Both the position numbers and the translations under genes were made by a program. Under the pieces are notes generated by a model. The model ran no database searches. It was not told the DNA's origin and worked only from the letters and a program-made list of their open reading frames with translations. From Phallusia mammillata (taxonomy: Eukaryota): DNA of 64,000 nt. The stretch spans positions 18,538,001 through 18,602,000 of the forward strand of contig OZ281498.1 in NCBI GenBank assembly GCA_965637545.1, in the 5' to 3' direction. The number at the start of each line of letters is the position of its first letter. Within the stretch, counting starts at the first letter, position 1. This document shows, piece after piece, positions 1 to 12,070 of this stretch.

Positions 1-222
1 GGAAATTAGAGTAGACCTTGTTTCAGTCAAGGAAACAGATTATTAGGCATTTTTAAGGTGTAAGAATAGACTGCAAGTAAACACATGTATATTTTAAAAA
101 ATAGTCTGCCGTTAATAAAGTAGTTTTGACTTGGTATATTGTTAGACGACTAGAAAATTGTTGGCAAATATAGTGTTTTGATTTCATAATTAACCGTTTG
201 AGAAAATACAAGCCAGAGAACC

Positions 223-3200
223 ATGAATATTTCGACCACGACCCCCTCGTTACATTTCGCAGGTAAATGTTAATAAATACTCGTTTTTTTAACTAAAAGT
301 GACAACTTTAATCGCTTTTTCGTAGGCTGTGGTGCAGATTTTCGTAAAATGTCGAAATCAGAAAAAACCTTTGTCCTTCTTTAAAACACATTCGATAGCA
401 AAACGGGTTAATTTATAATAGTCAGCTATAAAAACATATCAAATCTATTACGTTTACCTTACTTATACACTATGGATTTTGCATTTACAATTTCCACAGG
501 CCCTCAATATGTTATACAAAGTGTCACATTTATGTAACATTGACATTTATGTTAAATTTGTCAGTAACGGGTAATGAGTTAAGTTGAGTTTATTTCGCTT
601 GGTGAAAGAAAACTTAGCGACACAATTGCACCAAAACCGCAACCAAGGCCGGAAATAGCTGCGCAACGTTGAAACGTTATAGAGCGCATAAAAGTGGAGT
701 ACACATGCAATTGGTGGATGAGAGCTAACCTAGGCTTATCAGTCGTCCAGGATTTTGGCTTTAAATCTATGTCTGAAAATAAATATCAAATATAACGTAT
801 TGTTCGAAATCTTAGCATCTAATAGACTGCAATTTTTCATTTTTTGAAATATTTAAAAGATTTTCCTTCTGTAGGTCATTCAAACGGTTAATACTCAAAA
901 CTGACCGCTTATTTTTTTTTCGGCTAACAGGTTGTTTATGGCGGTGTACGTTTATTGTTGTCTGTGCGGTTATTGATACAAGGTGATTGAAAACGACGTT
1001 AGTTTGATTTTGAAGTAGGTATTTATTTAAAAAATTCGGAAATTTGTTCCACTCAGATATGGTAACCCTAAAGTAAACCAGCTGCAGCTACACTGACTAT
1101 AAACAATCATTTCAAACCGATTTGCTATACTTTGCAGGACCTGAAACAACAGTTCAGGATGTTACAAAGATGTCAAAAAACGTTACTGATGATGCGATTG
1201 AAACAATATTGCAAACCACGCAAAAGCTGTCGTTGTAAGTTTAAGTTGATGTAAACATGTTTTCGGCTTTGCGTTTCAAAACTTACGTATTTTATGGTAA
1301 TACCAAAAAAACGGTAACCACCTATAATCGCTTAAAAAACTTTGATCCTGATTTGGCCCTGAGGCAGTAATTAAATAAATTACATTCTCATGCGGAATGT
1401 TGGTATTCCCTATGTGTGTAAACTAAATGTCCAGCACATAAGTGGATTAAGTGTGTAAACATATTATGCCGCAGTTGGTGCACAAACATTTGGTGCTGCT
1501 TTGGCGACATCGTTCCCAAGTATCGGCAGTATTTTAACAAAATTTTTTAGGAAAAAGTAAACTGTACATTTTAATGTACTCATTAAAAATTCTGTAAAAT
1601 CTGCACAAAAATACATATTATGGCAGATTCCACATTGCTGTATTTTCTATACAGCTTATAGGCTAAATGAACCCCATGCATAAACTCATCCTAAGTTAGT
1701 TCTTTTGGCTACTCATTATACTCTTTCGATAGCCTGGACTTGAGATTAAATATTTGGTTGATTAAAATATTTCCGTAAGCCAGAGTTGTAAGTAGGGCCG
1801 GGTTCGACCTTAAGTTTCTTCAAAAAAGTAGATAGTTGCTGGACCTGACCTAATTTCAAACAGCCCTAAAACGCCTTATTCAAGACTATTTGTCTATTGT
1901 GTTTGTTGGCTTGGTCTTTCCTCGGGCTTGAAGGTATAGGCCTATCAATAAAACTTTCGGGCCTAAACGGGCTTCTCAAAGACGTTTCGGTTCGGCTTGG
2001 GTTCGGGTTTCATTTTCAGGCCCGTTTACAACTTTGTTGTAAACTAAACATTGTTTTGTTGTTTATTGCAGCGTTGCCTTAATTGCAGTAATGTTTGGAC
2101 TTGGATGTTCAGCAAGTGCCACTAAAATGATTAACTTTGTCAAGAAACCCAAACATTTTCTTACTGGAATTGCTTTACAACTTATTGCCCTTCCACGTAA
2201 GTTACGTTTTTGCCCAAAACCGTAAAAACACTTTTAAATGTAAGCCAGGACTCACAATGGAAATTTTTGTATGACACCTACAGTCACATAACACAAAGTG
2301 ATGTTTTGTTAGTAATGGGATTTTCTATCACTCGCATACTTAGCTTGGATATGCCAAAAACCATTGCTATGATTATACAATCTTCATCACCTGGTGGGAC
2401 GTACAGTAACATTGTCACATATTGGCTGGATGGGGACATGGACCTAAGGTTTGTATGCAATGTGGTGCATGTGTTCAATATTTTTACTGTTTGTCTATTA
2501 ATGTTTTGAAACCCTATACACGCGTTTGTTTACAAGTCTAATTACTAATATAACGGTCCGATTAGACGTAAAAACGACGTTATTCAAACTTTTCTGGCAA
2601 ATGCTCTTGCCATGATCAGTGATCAATTAATATTGACAGCAAAGAAAACAGTGTTGCTATAAAATCGCCTCAGAATATAGTTGGAAAGCTTTCGACAATT
2701 GTAAATAAGTTACTTGTTTGTTATAACTTTGCTATTACTTTTTCTAGTGTTTTTACCCAGTATTCTGCGGAATAAGAGTTCACTTTACTGTGGCATCATA
2801 AAATTCGCTGATGTTCCACAAGATTATTGAGCTTTTAAGCATAATGTACATAACTCAATTATTTACAGCATTATAATGACGACTGTTTCAACCTTGTTGG
2901 CGATGGGAGCTCTACCACTGTGGCTTTATACATTTTCGGCGATTCTGCATTTAGAAGATAATCTACGTGTGCCCTTTGACTTGCTTGGTAAAGATATGAT
3001 GTTAAAATAGTCCTACGAGTTTAAAACAAAAATTACAAACCTTACTGTACAACGTGTGGGTGGAAATTAACTGTACATATATGAATTAAAACAATTTACA
3101 CAGATATGATTTGAAAAAAAAGCAACGTAAGTGAAAGCCATGTTTTAGCTGCAGACAGTACACGCTGTTTCGACCTATATAGTTTCATCGGTGAGGCTGG

Positions 3201-4743
3201 TGACAAGAGATTCAACTAGTAGCCATCCAACGGCACTCCAGTTTATTGAGAGTAACAGAATAATAAAGCTATGTCTTACCTATTTTGATGTCGCAACTTG
3301 GCATGAACAACTAAAAAACTGTCTCATAATGCCAAAAATGATGTGTGCTCAGTGCCACAGTACCTATGTAAAAGCATCACACCATTAAATAATAAGCTGC
3401 AGACGGTACACACTTTTTCGACCAAACAGACTGATGTGCCGTTGGATACTTATACACATTTTGGGCGTAAGGTAATTTGTCAACAAAAATTAACAAAAAA
3501 ACAAGTATCGAATGTTTTTGCTTATTGTAAATAAAATGTGTTCATAAAGGTGCTGGCCTTGCTACAGCTATTATTCCGGTGCTAATCGGAATGCTTGTTC
3601 AACGTTTTTTTCCTTCAAAGAGCAAGATTTTAACAAAGGTGATGAAAAAAAACGTTTATATTTTGGAGTTTTCAACTTGATTTCGTACTACTAATCGCAC
3701 TTCGACCGATTGACGTCTTTATATTTTCTTTCGCAAAACGGTAAATATATGCAATTGCATACAAGCGGGTCTCCTTCGATGCAATAAAGGATGGTAATAA
3801 AAACACAAGTGACCGAGACAGGATTCAAACACTCAGCATTGTAAACAAATCAATCGCTCATCGTGGTGTTTTTTAATAATATATATTCCTATTTCGATAT
3901 TTTAACGACAATTTACCCTATGTATCCAACCTGTTTGGACATAGGACTGAGAATCAAGTTATTTGAACACAAATTCTCAAACTCCTAATGCAGATTTTCA
4001 CCATACTTGGATCTATTGTTGTGTTGGGAGCAGTAGCAACGACAACAGCCATGGCGACATACGGTGCTAACCCCGCTACTGCAATTGGGGTATGTGCTTT
4101 CCAATTACACTTTTCAGCAAACGTTGTTGGTCTAAAAAGAGGTTACGTTGTTATAAATGACGTCACAACACATTAAATCAAGTTTAAAAATGCAGTTTTA
4201 ATTTTCGTGGTATCAAAACTAAAATTATGGCTTTATTTATTGATTACAGGCCGTTGCTTTGTTAGAAGTATGTGCCGTTGCTACGGGTTACAGCGTCACT
4301 CGCATTCCGTTCCTCAAATTCACTGTACCGGAACGACGAACAGTGGCCATAGAAATCGTATTTCAAAGCGTGCCAGTCGCATTCAACATAATATTACTTT
4401 CATACCAGTAAGTTTCAAAATATAGATTGTACGTTACTAAAAGTTGGTCAAGAAAAATAACTTATATATTATATATTCAACCAACCGATTGGTAACTTTT
4501 TGTTACATTAGGAACAGTCCAAGTGACGTGCTAGTGACTATGGCAAGTTTGCCGTTTTTTTATGGAATTCTGCAACTCGGTACATCGGTGATAGTGGTTA
4601 TCACCTATCTGGTGTTGAAAAAGTTTGGGGTGAAAGTTTTTGTTCCAGAAGATGAGAGCAACGACGTGATATTGGATGACGCGGAAGTAGCAACTGGCGC
4701 TTTGATGAAGAATGAAGATAAAAAAGATAAAACTTCTGGCTAA
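223..4743 (+). CDS. SLC10A-family sodium/bile-acid-type cotransporter, paralog 1 (9 exons, ~363 aa)
   Basis: Exons 223-262, 1138-1234, 2072-2196, 2313-2448, 2869-2987, 3550-3638, 3994-4089, 4250-4407, 4512-4743; all GT-AG, phases consistent, total 1092 nt. Motifs [56 protein letters not shown] are SLC10 (ASBT/NTCP-like) signatures. Exon 1 is the least certain. Subfamily cannot be assigned without a tree. Confidence 0.93.
1781..2036. mobile_element. Old MITE-like element in SLC10A-1 intron 2
   Basis: Imperfect inverted ends CAGAGTTGTAAGTAGGGCC / GGCCCGTTTACAACTTTG. Flanks match only 5/8, so the TSD has decayed. Related gggcc/gggttcggg-rich pieces occur near 13125-13345, 40380-40460 and 56315-56400. 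Confidence 0.5.
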
Positions 4744-5299
4744 AGTTGTGGCCGGTTGTGAAATGTTACAGATCACAAACCCTTTTACCCTTTAGAGTCA
4801 TAAGTGGATATTTTTTGCAAAAAAGGAAAATTTGAAAAGTTGTAATCTTACTAAATTTTAGTGACGTCATACTTATGCACTGCATACGTCATAACTCTAA
4901 CTTAGCTATGGTATTTTAAACTCTTGGTTTTAACAACGTAACATGTGGTAGAAACCTTCCGGTAACCATTTGATTTGAGCGCAACGTTTGCAGACTTAAA
5001 TCAACAAATGCTAAATATACCTCAAATACGATTTCTATACAGTCTTTTAAATGCCATTTTGTAAAAATTAGTCATTTACGCTTATGCGAAGTAATGTACT
5101 TTGACATTAATTCCTTAGTAATAGCAACAAATGTGGTCTACGCCCATCCTACAAAATTTGTGATCAGCAATGATTGGTTTATTCGCCAAGGCAATAAAAT
5201 CCAATGCAATGTTCTACAATGTAGAATCTACATTATCCTATGTGGCAAAAAAAAAACGCATCATGTACTAAATATATAGAACACTATGCAGGCCCGTTT

Positions 5300-5600
5300 A
5301 AACGAGTCTGGGTTTTAAAATCGACCACTACGACAGATGTTAGGCCGGATACCAGGTTGTACCAGCGTTTCACCGCAAAATAAATCAAATTTAATCACCA
5401 ACCCGCAGTTGCTCGTGTTACCAGCGATTTGAGCTAAACCACATGTTAATCAATGTGCCATTGTGGCTTTGCAATACAATGAGTTTATTTATATTAGGTA
5501 GAATGGCTTTAAAAATCCGCATAATGTGGTTTTGATAAGAACATACATACTTTGTTAGTTTGTTATTGCAATGAGCTTTGCAGGTGATTGCAGCAGAATG
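5300..5600 (-). mobile_element. Possible decayed RTE-type LINE 3' fragment
   Basis: Minus-strand translation ...NKLTKYVCSYQNHIMRIFKAILPNINKLIVLQSHNGTLINMWFSSNRW*HEQLRV...FCGETLVQPGIRP loosely follows the RTE C-terminal pattern (LRxILxI...RLRWxGHVxRM...LxGEL..GxRP). Stops are present; similarity judged by eye only. Confidence 0.35.
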
Positions 5601-7325
5601 TTCGATATATTCGGTTGCAAAATAAGGCTTTACCAAAGTTTTTTTCGCCTTTCCTCCCAATCTAGGTAGTTGAGGAAAAATCTTTTTTGGCAACTGAATA
5701 TGTATGTATTCTAGGTAGTTAGGGATTAGGATTAGGGATTTTTTAAATGTGCATATATGCGTTTAATACAAGTGTTGATTTTTCTGTGGTGCGTTTCACC
5801 CATATGCTTTTGACAGACTTTGCGGTTTTCCGTCAATCGATTCATTTTGTCAGAGAAACGAAATACGTTTCCTCCTGCTGGGCACATATTTACTTTTAAA
5901 CATCCGTAAAAAGCAGCACTATTGTAATGCAAATTGTATCGCATTTTTTATAAATATACTAAGACTTCACTATTTCTCAGAAAAAAGGAGCAGTATTGTA
6001 AGTGTCAGCAAACATGTTTAAGACACCAAATTAGGTGGTAGTTTACCCAGTATGTTGAAGCTAGAACTGAATGACGTCTAGAGTCATTACAGCAAAGTTT
6101 GTTTCGATTTAGAGTCGTATTTTTGTTTTGACGTAAGGCTTTACGGAATTAGAAAAGAATCCTACTTTAAATCAGAAGCAGATCTGTTGTTTTTCGACGA
6201 AAAGATGATGCTGTCTTGACAAAATCTTAGACAATTCACATTGATTTTGTTGTCTTTTTGCCATCACTTGCCACATGAACAAACGCTTACATAATAAACT
6301 TTAAGTCAAATTACGCTTAGTCTTTAAGACGTTTAACCCACCTTGATGCATATAGCCCAAGCTAAAAACATTAGCATAAAAACATTAGCATAATGAGCAA
6401 GATACAGTCCTAGTGGACCTGTCAATCTTCTTCGACCATTAATACACCTGTCAGAACAGACAGTTAGTCACCATCACATTTTGAACATAAGCAAAGTTGT
6501 TAGTGGTTTGTTTATGTACGACGGACTTATATAACCTGACTCGGCCCTTAAACACATTTTAATAGAGATGTAGTAACCAAGGAAAGGAAACCGCCATATT
6601 TTGACAGATATTAATTTGAAGGCTGATGCTGACCGTCAGAGTTAGCTAGGAAACCTGATTGGGATATGTCAGTTAAGGAGCTTTTCGTTTGCTAGCTTGG
6701 CCCCGAGTTATAGCCAATTTTGCACAAGGCTTGCAAAGGTATGGGCATTCAAATGATAGTACATCGAGACATGGTGTGTTTGAACCAGGTAAATTCGAGT
6801 TGCCAAAAGTTACTGTCTAAGCATGAGTTTTAAATTGTATAAAACGTGCACCTTTACGGGTAGTTTGGAAAAAAGTTTAGACTGTGTGAACGGCAATATA
6901 GTGAACATGCCGAATCAATTTGTAACAAATAAATTGTGTTATACCTGAAAACCTGAAATTGATTTTAGTTTTTTGGACTTATTTCTGTATTGTGCGTTTG
7001 ACAGAATTAACCTTATGTTTCTGTAAATCATAGCTGTGTCGATTAATAACCTACATACTCGAACTTCTTGCTAGGTTAGCGGCCCCTGGTATACAAATTT
7101 TCAACTTGAGCATTGATTATAAAAGCAACGTGATTTATATAAAATACAAAACTGACCTAGAAAATCAAAAACACGAACGATGTATGCTGTAAAGTTCAAA
7201 TTTTTTTTTTTTGCAACAAAAACGCCTTTGGTTACATTTTTGTTTTCTTACCCTGCGGCATTTTAGTCGTTATGGTTCTAAGTTCCCTAAAATTTGTACA
7301 GACTACGTGACAAACTACACACACA

Positions 7326-7619
7326 GGTAGAGCTACTAACACGATACGTTTCTCCTGATCCAAAAGTGCTTAATTTTCGATAGGTGGCGTAAACAGCTGA
7401 ATTATTTATTTAGCGGCTATAAATGGGTTGGGTTGGGAAATATTTACAAAATTTTTGTACATTAGTAACTACTTTTTTGGGTTAGTTTTATTGAATTTTA
7501 AGTGTTTATACCTTACCCCAACCCTAATAGCCCTAACCGTTAGCATTTTTTGAGATATACCGTTTTGAAAATTAAGCACTTTTGGATCAGGCGTAACGTA
7601 TCGTGTTAGTAGCTCTACC
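7326..7619. mobile_element. 294-bp MITE with 53-bp GG-ended terminal inverted repeats
   Basis: 7326-7378 and 7567-7619 are inverted copies (51/53 identical), starting GGTAGAGCTACTAACACGATACGTT. Flanked by ACACACA on both sides (TSD length ambiguous inside a CA repeat). Interior has GGGTTGGGTTGGG and ACCCTAATAGCCCTAACC telomere-like tracts. Confidence 0.85.
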
Positions 7620-8377
7620 ACACACATTGTCGTTACGTGACATTAAAAAGAAGGGCAAAATCATATATAAATGGGTCTCCACATGACAATTGCATTCAGG
7701 TCGCATCATATCTCTAAAGGTGTCGTGAAATATAAATGTCAAATTCTGCTAAACGGAGCAAACTTTTGGTCTGAGTTATGCCAAATTGAAAGGCTTGGAC
7801 CATTTTGTAAAGTAAAGCTTAGATTTTTTAATCTAGCAACATTGCTGTGGCTGATACAAACATCTTTTTTAGTTTTTTCGTAGATATTGTGGATTTGGGT
7901 CAGGTGTTTTAGTGTAAAACGCCCGTTTGTATGTACATTTGTAATACAATTGTGGTGACCGATAAGCTAAACCTTAATTGGACCTTAACTTGCATTTCGG
8001 TTTAGTTGTTTATTTATTCACTGCAAGTGATTGTGGTACGCTAATATACGCTTGTCACACAAAGTGATTTAGTCGCAAGCTTTGAGCTGGTCAAGTTCGG
8101 CTAATTTGGTGAGGAACTGCTGCGAAATAGACGGATTTGATCATAGCAATCGCTTATCATTATGACTTTAGTATAAACTGTTTCTTGTCGCGAAAATTAA
8201 TGGCAGACAATTTATTTGGAATTAATTAGGTAAAACCTCATTTTACGCTTGTGGTATTTGTTTTGGTAAGTTTGCTGTTTCTGAAAGTAGCTATTTCGAT
8301 TATAATTAAAGACCCTAAAAATGTTTTTCCCTCGTTGTTCTTCAGGTTACATAATATAGAAATTAGTTTGCTAAAAA

Positions 8378-9919
8378 ATGGACACTTCGTTTCGGGTTTA
8401 CATGGTTCATGAGCACGATTGGCCGGGAGTTCGTTCCCTACTTGTCAATTCTCTTTGCGATCTTGAATTCTACAAGGACACTGAACCGGATCCAAGCATA
8501 AGACGAGACTTTCTGCATGACTACTTGGACGTGCAGTTCCGCAACACACAGCAAAAGCGGACATCCGAGTTTTTCTGGTGTCTAAAACGCCAAGAAAACC
8601 CTTGTCACTGCCTTAACGTTCACAGCAAGAAACATGTACAGCATAGTGATTTGGTTATGGCAGCGAAACTTGCTCTTCCGCGGGGTTTTGAGCTCCAGAA
8701 GTCGGCGGGATGCCAACTTACCGCGTTGTTTGCCGGTGGCTTAGTGATTCGGGAAACTGAGGAAAACACGTTGCCCCGTTTTGGGCCAGAACTGGAAGCT
8801 AAGTTTCCTGACGCTTGCGCAAAGTTACAAGCCTACAGTGAATGGTTTCAGAAATACATTGAGGTGATTTTTGGTTGGGTTTACCTGTAAACTTGTAAAG
8901 ATTTTACATCCAACTTAATACGCTTGGAACTGAACATTATACCTGCTTGTGTAGGTCAGTTGGTAGAGCGCGAGTCCCGAAAAAAACTTCTGTCGTGGGT
9001 TCGAATCCCACCACAGACTAGATTTTTCTATGACTGTGCTTTGCCATGTGGGCTTGATTGGAAGACCGGCTTGATTCGGTATGACGCCTTCAATTGGCCT
9101 GGCGTACTATGATGAAAATAATGCCGTGGTATCTTGCAAAAACAACACGAATTTTTTTTATGTCCCATTTGTTGTAAATAACGTGTACGTCCGTGTTTTG
9201 CCTTCACTAATTTCTGCCATTAATTCACTGATTAAATCCCATGGTTTTTGTAGGATATAACAGATGCCTGCGGTCGAAGTTTTTGGCAAGGCTGGCATAT
9301 TTCAGTCGCTCCTGAGTTTAGGATGAGAGGAATAGCAGCCGATGGATTGAAGGTAAAAAGTGGGGCCTTTGCCATAGTTATTTGTGGTTTTAGATCGGCG
9401 CTATAATGACCAAAATTTGACCATTCGTACCACTCAACCATAAAGTCGCAAAAATTTACTTCTTGGGCGCAAAAAGTGAAAGAACCACCAAAAAACGGTG
9501 GTTTGGGTGGAAAACATGTATTAGTCGGTTGACTGCTTGTTAGAGGTCAAATTTTGTAAAACAAACTTCCATATAGCTTCCATTTAACGAAGTGCTATTG
9601 CTTTTTTGCACATAATCTTGTAATTATTGTATTGAAAACAGACAACATTAGGTTTATCGGTGCAATAAAAGTGGTTGTTTTGCAGGAAGCAATCCGACAC
9701 TTCTCACCGCTAGCAGACGCTACAGAGCAACTTCTAGTCATAAACACGGGCGTCAAAACATGCCGCTTCGTATGCAAAAACGCCGGTTTCAAAGATGCCT
9801 TGAACGCAACATACGAGTCCAGAAAGCGATGGATTATGTTGTTGGATATGAGGGACATTACCACTATTGGTACAGGCTTTACCAATGCTGCCATAGAGAG
9901 AGTACAGACTGGACTATAG
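8378..9919 (+). CDS. GNAT-family N-acyltransferase, insect arylalkylamine-NAT-like (3 exons, ~272 aa)
   Basis: Exons 8378-8863, 9254-9352, 9686-9919, all phase 0. Acetyl-CoA motif A ISVAPEFRMRGIA, motif-B-like CKNAGFK, and N-terminal FYKDTEP resembling the FFxDEP motif of insect AANATs. Probable 5'UTR intron 8266-8345. Confidence 0.82.
8945..9019 (+). pseudogene. tRNA-like element (tRNA pseudogene or SINE head) in GNAT intron 1
   Basis: A-box TAGGTCAGTTGGTAGAGCG; perfect T-arm GTGGG-TTCGAAT-CCCAC; acceptor stem GCTTGTG/CACAGAC pairs 6/7; T5 run a few nt downstream. The anticodon arm does not pair, so it is not a functional tRNA as written. Confidence 0.7.
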
Positions 9920-10064
9920 CCACTGTTTTTCTTATATTCTTCATGGGCGAAACAAGCCTGTTTATGTCTATTATTATCAGCTGTGGGTGTTATTTGAAAT
10001 CGGATTATTTCATACTTTGATTTTCGATTTAAGGCCTCGGTCACTTTTTTCATCGACCCTAAAC

Positions 10065-10388
10065 CAGTGGTTTTCAAATGTACCTTGCGAACCCCTTTCA
10101 AAAACTTTCATGTTTTTTTTTAATAATCACGAGAATAAACTCTTACTTATAGGGCAAAGACAAAAGGGTCTAAGCTAGCTGGTCTGTTCATGTTTCATAC
10201 ACAAAGTATTTCGTTATAATACACTGACCTACTATAATGATGTGATGAAGCATTTGCTTGGTATTATAATGGTCATAATGGAACACAAAAGTTCAAATCA
10301 AATAAGTTGTTTTTATTTTGTCATTGCTGATAAACACTTACCTTAACGACTCCAGCGGGATTCGCGCTCCACGGGTTGAAAACCACTG
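10065..10388. mobile_element. hAT-type MITE (324 bp) downstream of the GNAT stop codon
   Basis: TIRs CAGTGGTTTTCAA / TTGAAAACCACTG; 8-bp flanks CCCTAAAC / CCCCAAAC (7/8). Confidence 0.85.
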
Positions 10389-11312
10389 CCCCAAACAAAC
10401 GTATCCACTATGTGTGGCTAATAACGCTTTAATTTCTTGTTCAGGTTGAAGCGGGACTAGAACCACTAACATTGTAAATAAAAGTCGGTTGCATTATTTA
10501 CTTGGCCATCTTGGCGGCCATTGCCAGGTCGGCCACGTTCAAATAAATGTTTCGGCGAGTTTTTTTTTATTTTAGTGTTTCGCGCATTTTTAGTCGATCA
10601 GTATTATAAAAACTGGCAACAATTTGCAGAAATCTATCTAGTTAAACGCAAAGAACAGTTTAAAAAACTAATGGTGTTTGTGTAGTTCGTGCCGTCAAAC
10701 AAACAAGGCCTTTGCAGAAAACTTTTCGACCGTTGCAATGCATCTAGTAGCCTACCTACGTTGCTTTGGCATTAGTACTTGAATCGACAAACCAGATTCG
10801 ACTTTTCATGATATGTATGTAAAAGGCCTTGCTTACAATTTCCTTTTTAATGTGTTTGTACATTTTTAACGCGATGTCACAAGATTAAACGTCATTCTGG
10901 TGTCTGTGTTTTTTAAGGCTTTGAACGAAGCCCAAATGTTGCTGAAGGCCATTTTGTCAAATACAAGCTTTGTAGTAAGTGCGATTAAAACGGCATTTAA
11001 GCTTACATGCAATGTAGTTACATGCAGAACAATACTTCTATGGTGTCGTGTTAACAGCTGTCCTTTGCCACATTACGTTGATGTTATGACAAGCGAGTTG
11101 CAACAAAAAGCCGTTTAAAACGTTTCCAAACTGCTTATTTTAACTTACAACTTTTGTCGACTGGATATGTGGCAACGTTTTTCACACAAAACCTAGTTAC
11201 TACAAACTTGGTTTATAACACATTCGAAAACATCAAGGCAGTTACCGTTCTTAGTTTGTTTGTAGCCTACACTAGTAACTAAACAACTTAGTAATACCAG
11301 TTGAGGACGCGG

Positions 11313-11436
11313 GGGCTGTACAATGAAAACAAACAATAAAAAACTACAACATGTACTGTAGCCCCCAAAAATTCGAAGGCTAGGCGCTGTACAAGTAAAA
11401 CAAATAATAAAAAACTAGAACATGTTCTGTGGCCCC
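11313..11436. repeat. Two diverged tandem ~70-bp units
   Basis: GCTGTACAA..AAAACAAA.AATAAAAAACTA.AACATGT.CTGT.GCCCC occurs twice in direct orientation; probably MITE-derived. Confidence 0.6.
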
Positions 11437-12070
11437 AACAATGCAACTATGTTTTAGTGAAACTGGTAATCAACAAGTTTGGAAAAAATATCTGCTTAGC
11501 GCCAAGCAATATTGGATACAAATTTGGGGTAAAAATATACATTAAGTGCAATATGCAAATAGTAGAAAGTCACAAAACTGGTAATTTGAATACATTTAAT
11601 CTTGTAGGTTATACGTATGAATAGTAGCACATATAAAGCCGCACCAACAGAAGACAGTTAATGCGCAAATATTCACTGGTGTGTAATTATCATAAAAAGA
11701 GGTAATTTGGGAAGAGTTTGAAGACCTGTTTTGTTGCTCTGGTTTGCATAACGCCATTTTAAAAATCTGGTTTATCTTCAAACAACGACTTGATATGTTT
11801 CTGTTAAAAGCTAAAAATCATGCCTTTACATACTATAGTTAAAATATGTGTTTTTACTTGAATACCCACCGAAGACCGTTAGCAAAAATGGTACGGAATT
11901 AGAAAACCGTAAAACAAGAAAATCGGCTTTTTGAAAATTGTAAAAACATTTGTCAAAATAAATTTGTGAGCTAAAATAGTTTAATACCGCTTTACAGAGA
12001 AAATGCAATACCGCCTTAAACAGTAATAACCAATCACAGTGAGTTATTCAATCACGTGACCGCTTTGTTG

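Noticed and set aside
1464-1550. Possible extra SLC10A-1 exon after GCAG at ~1474
   Set aside because: The translation is not SLC10-like, no good donor follows, and exon 2 joins exon 3 in frame without it.
8341-8346. Acceptors just upstream of the GNAT and SPR start codons as trans-splice sites
   Set aside because: Both have strong nearby donors (8266; 59089 on the minus strand), giving ordinary short 5'UTR introns.
9595-10101. 168-aa minus-strand ORF
   Set aside because: Antisense shadow of GNAT exon 3 running into a MITE end; no recognisable motif.
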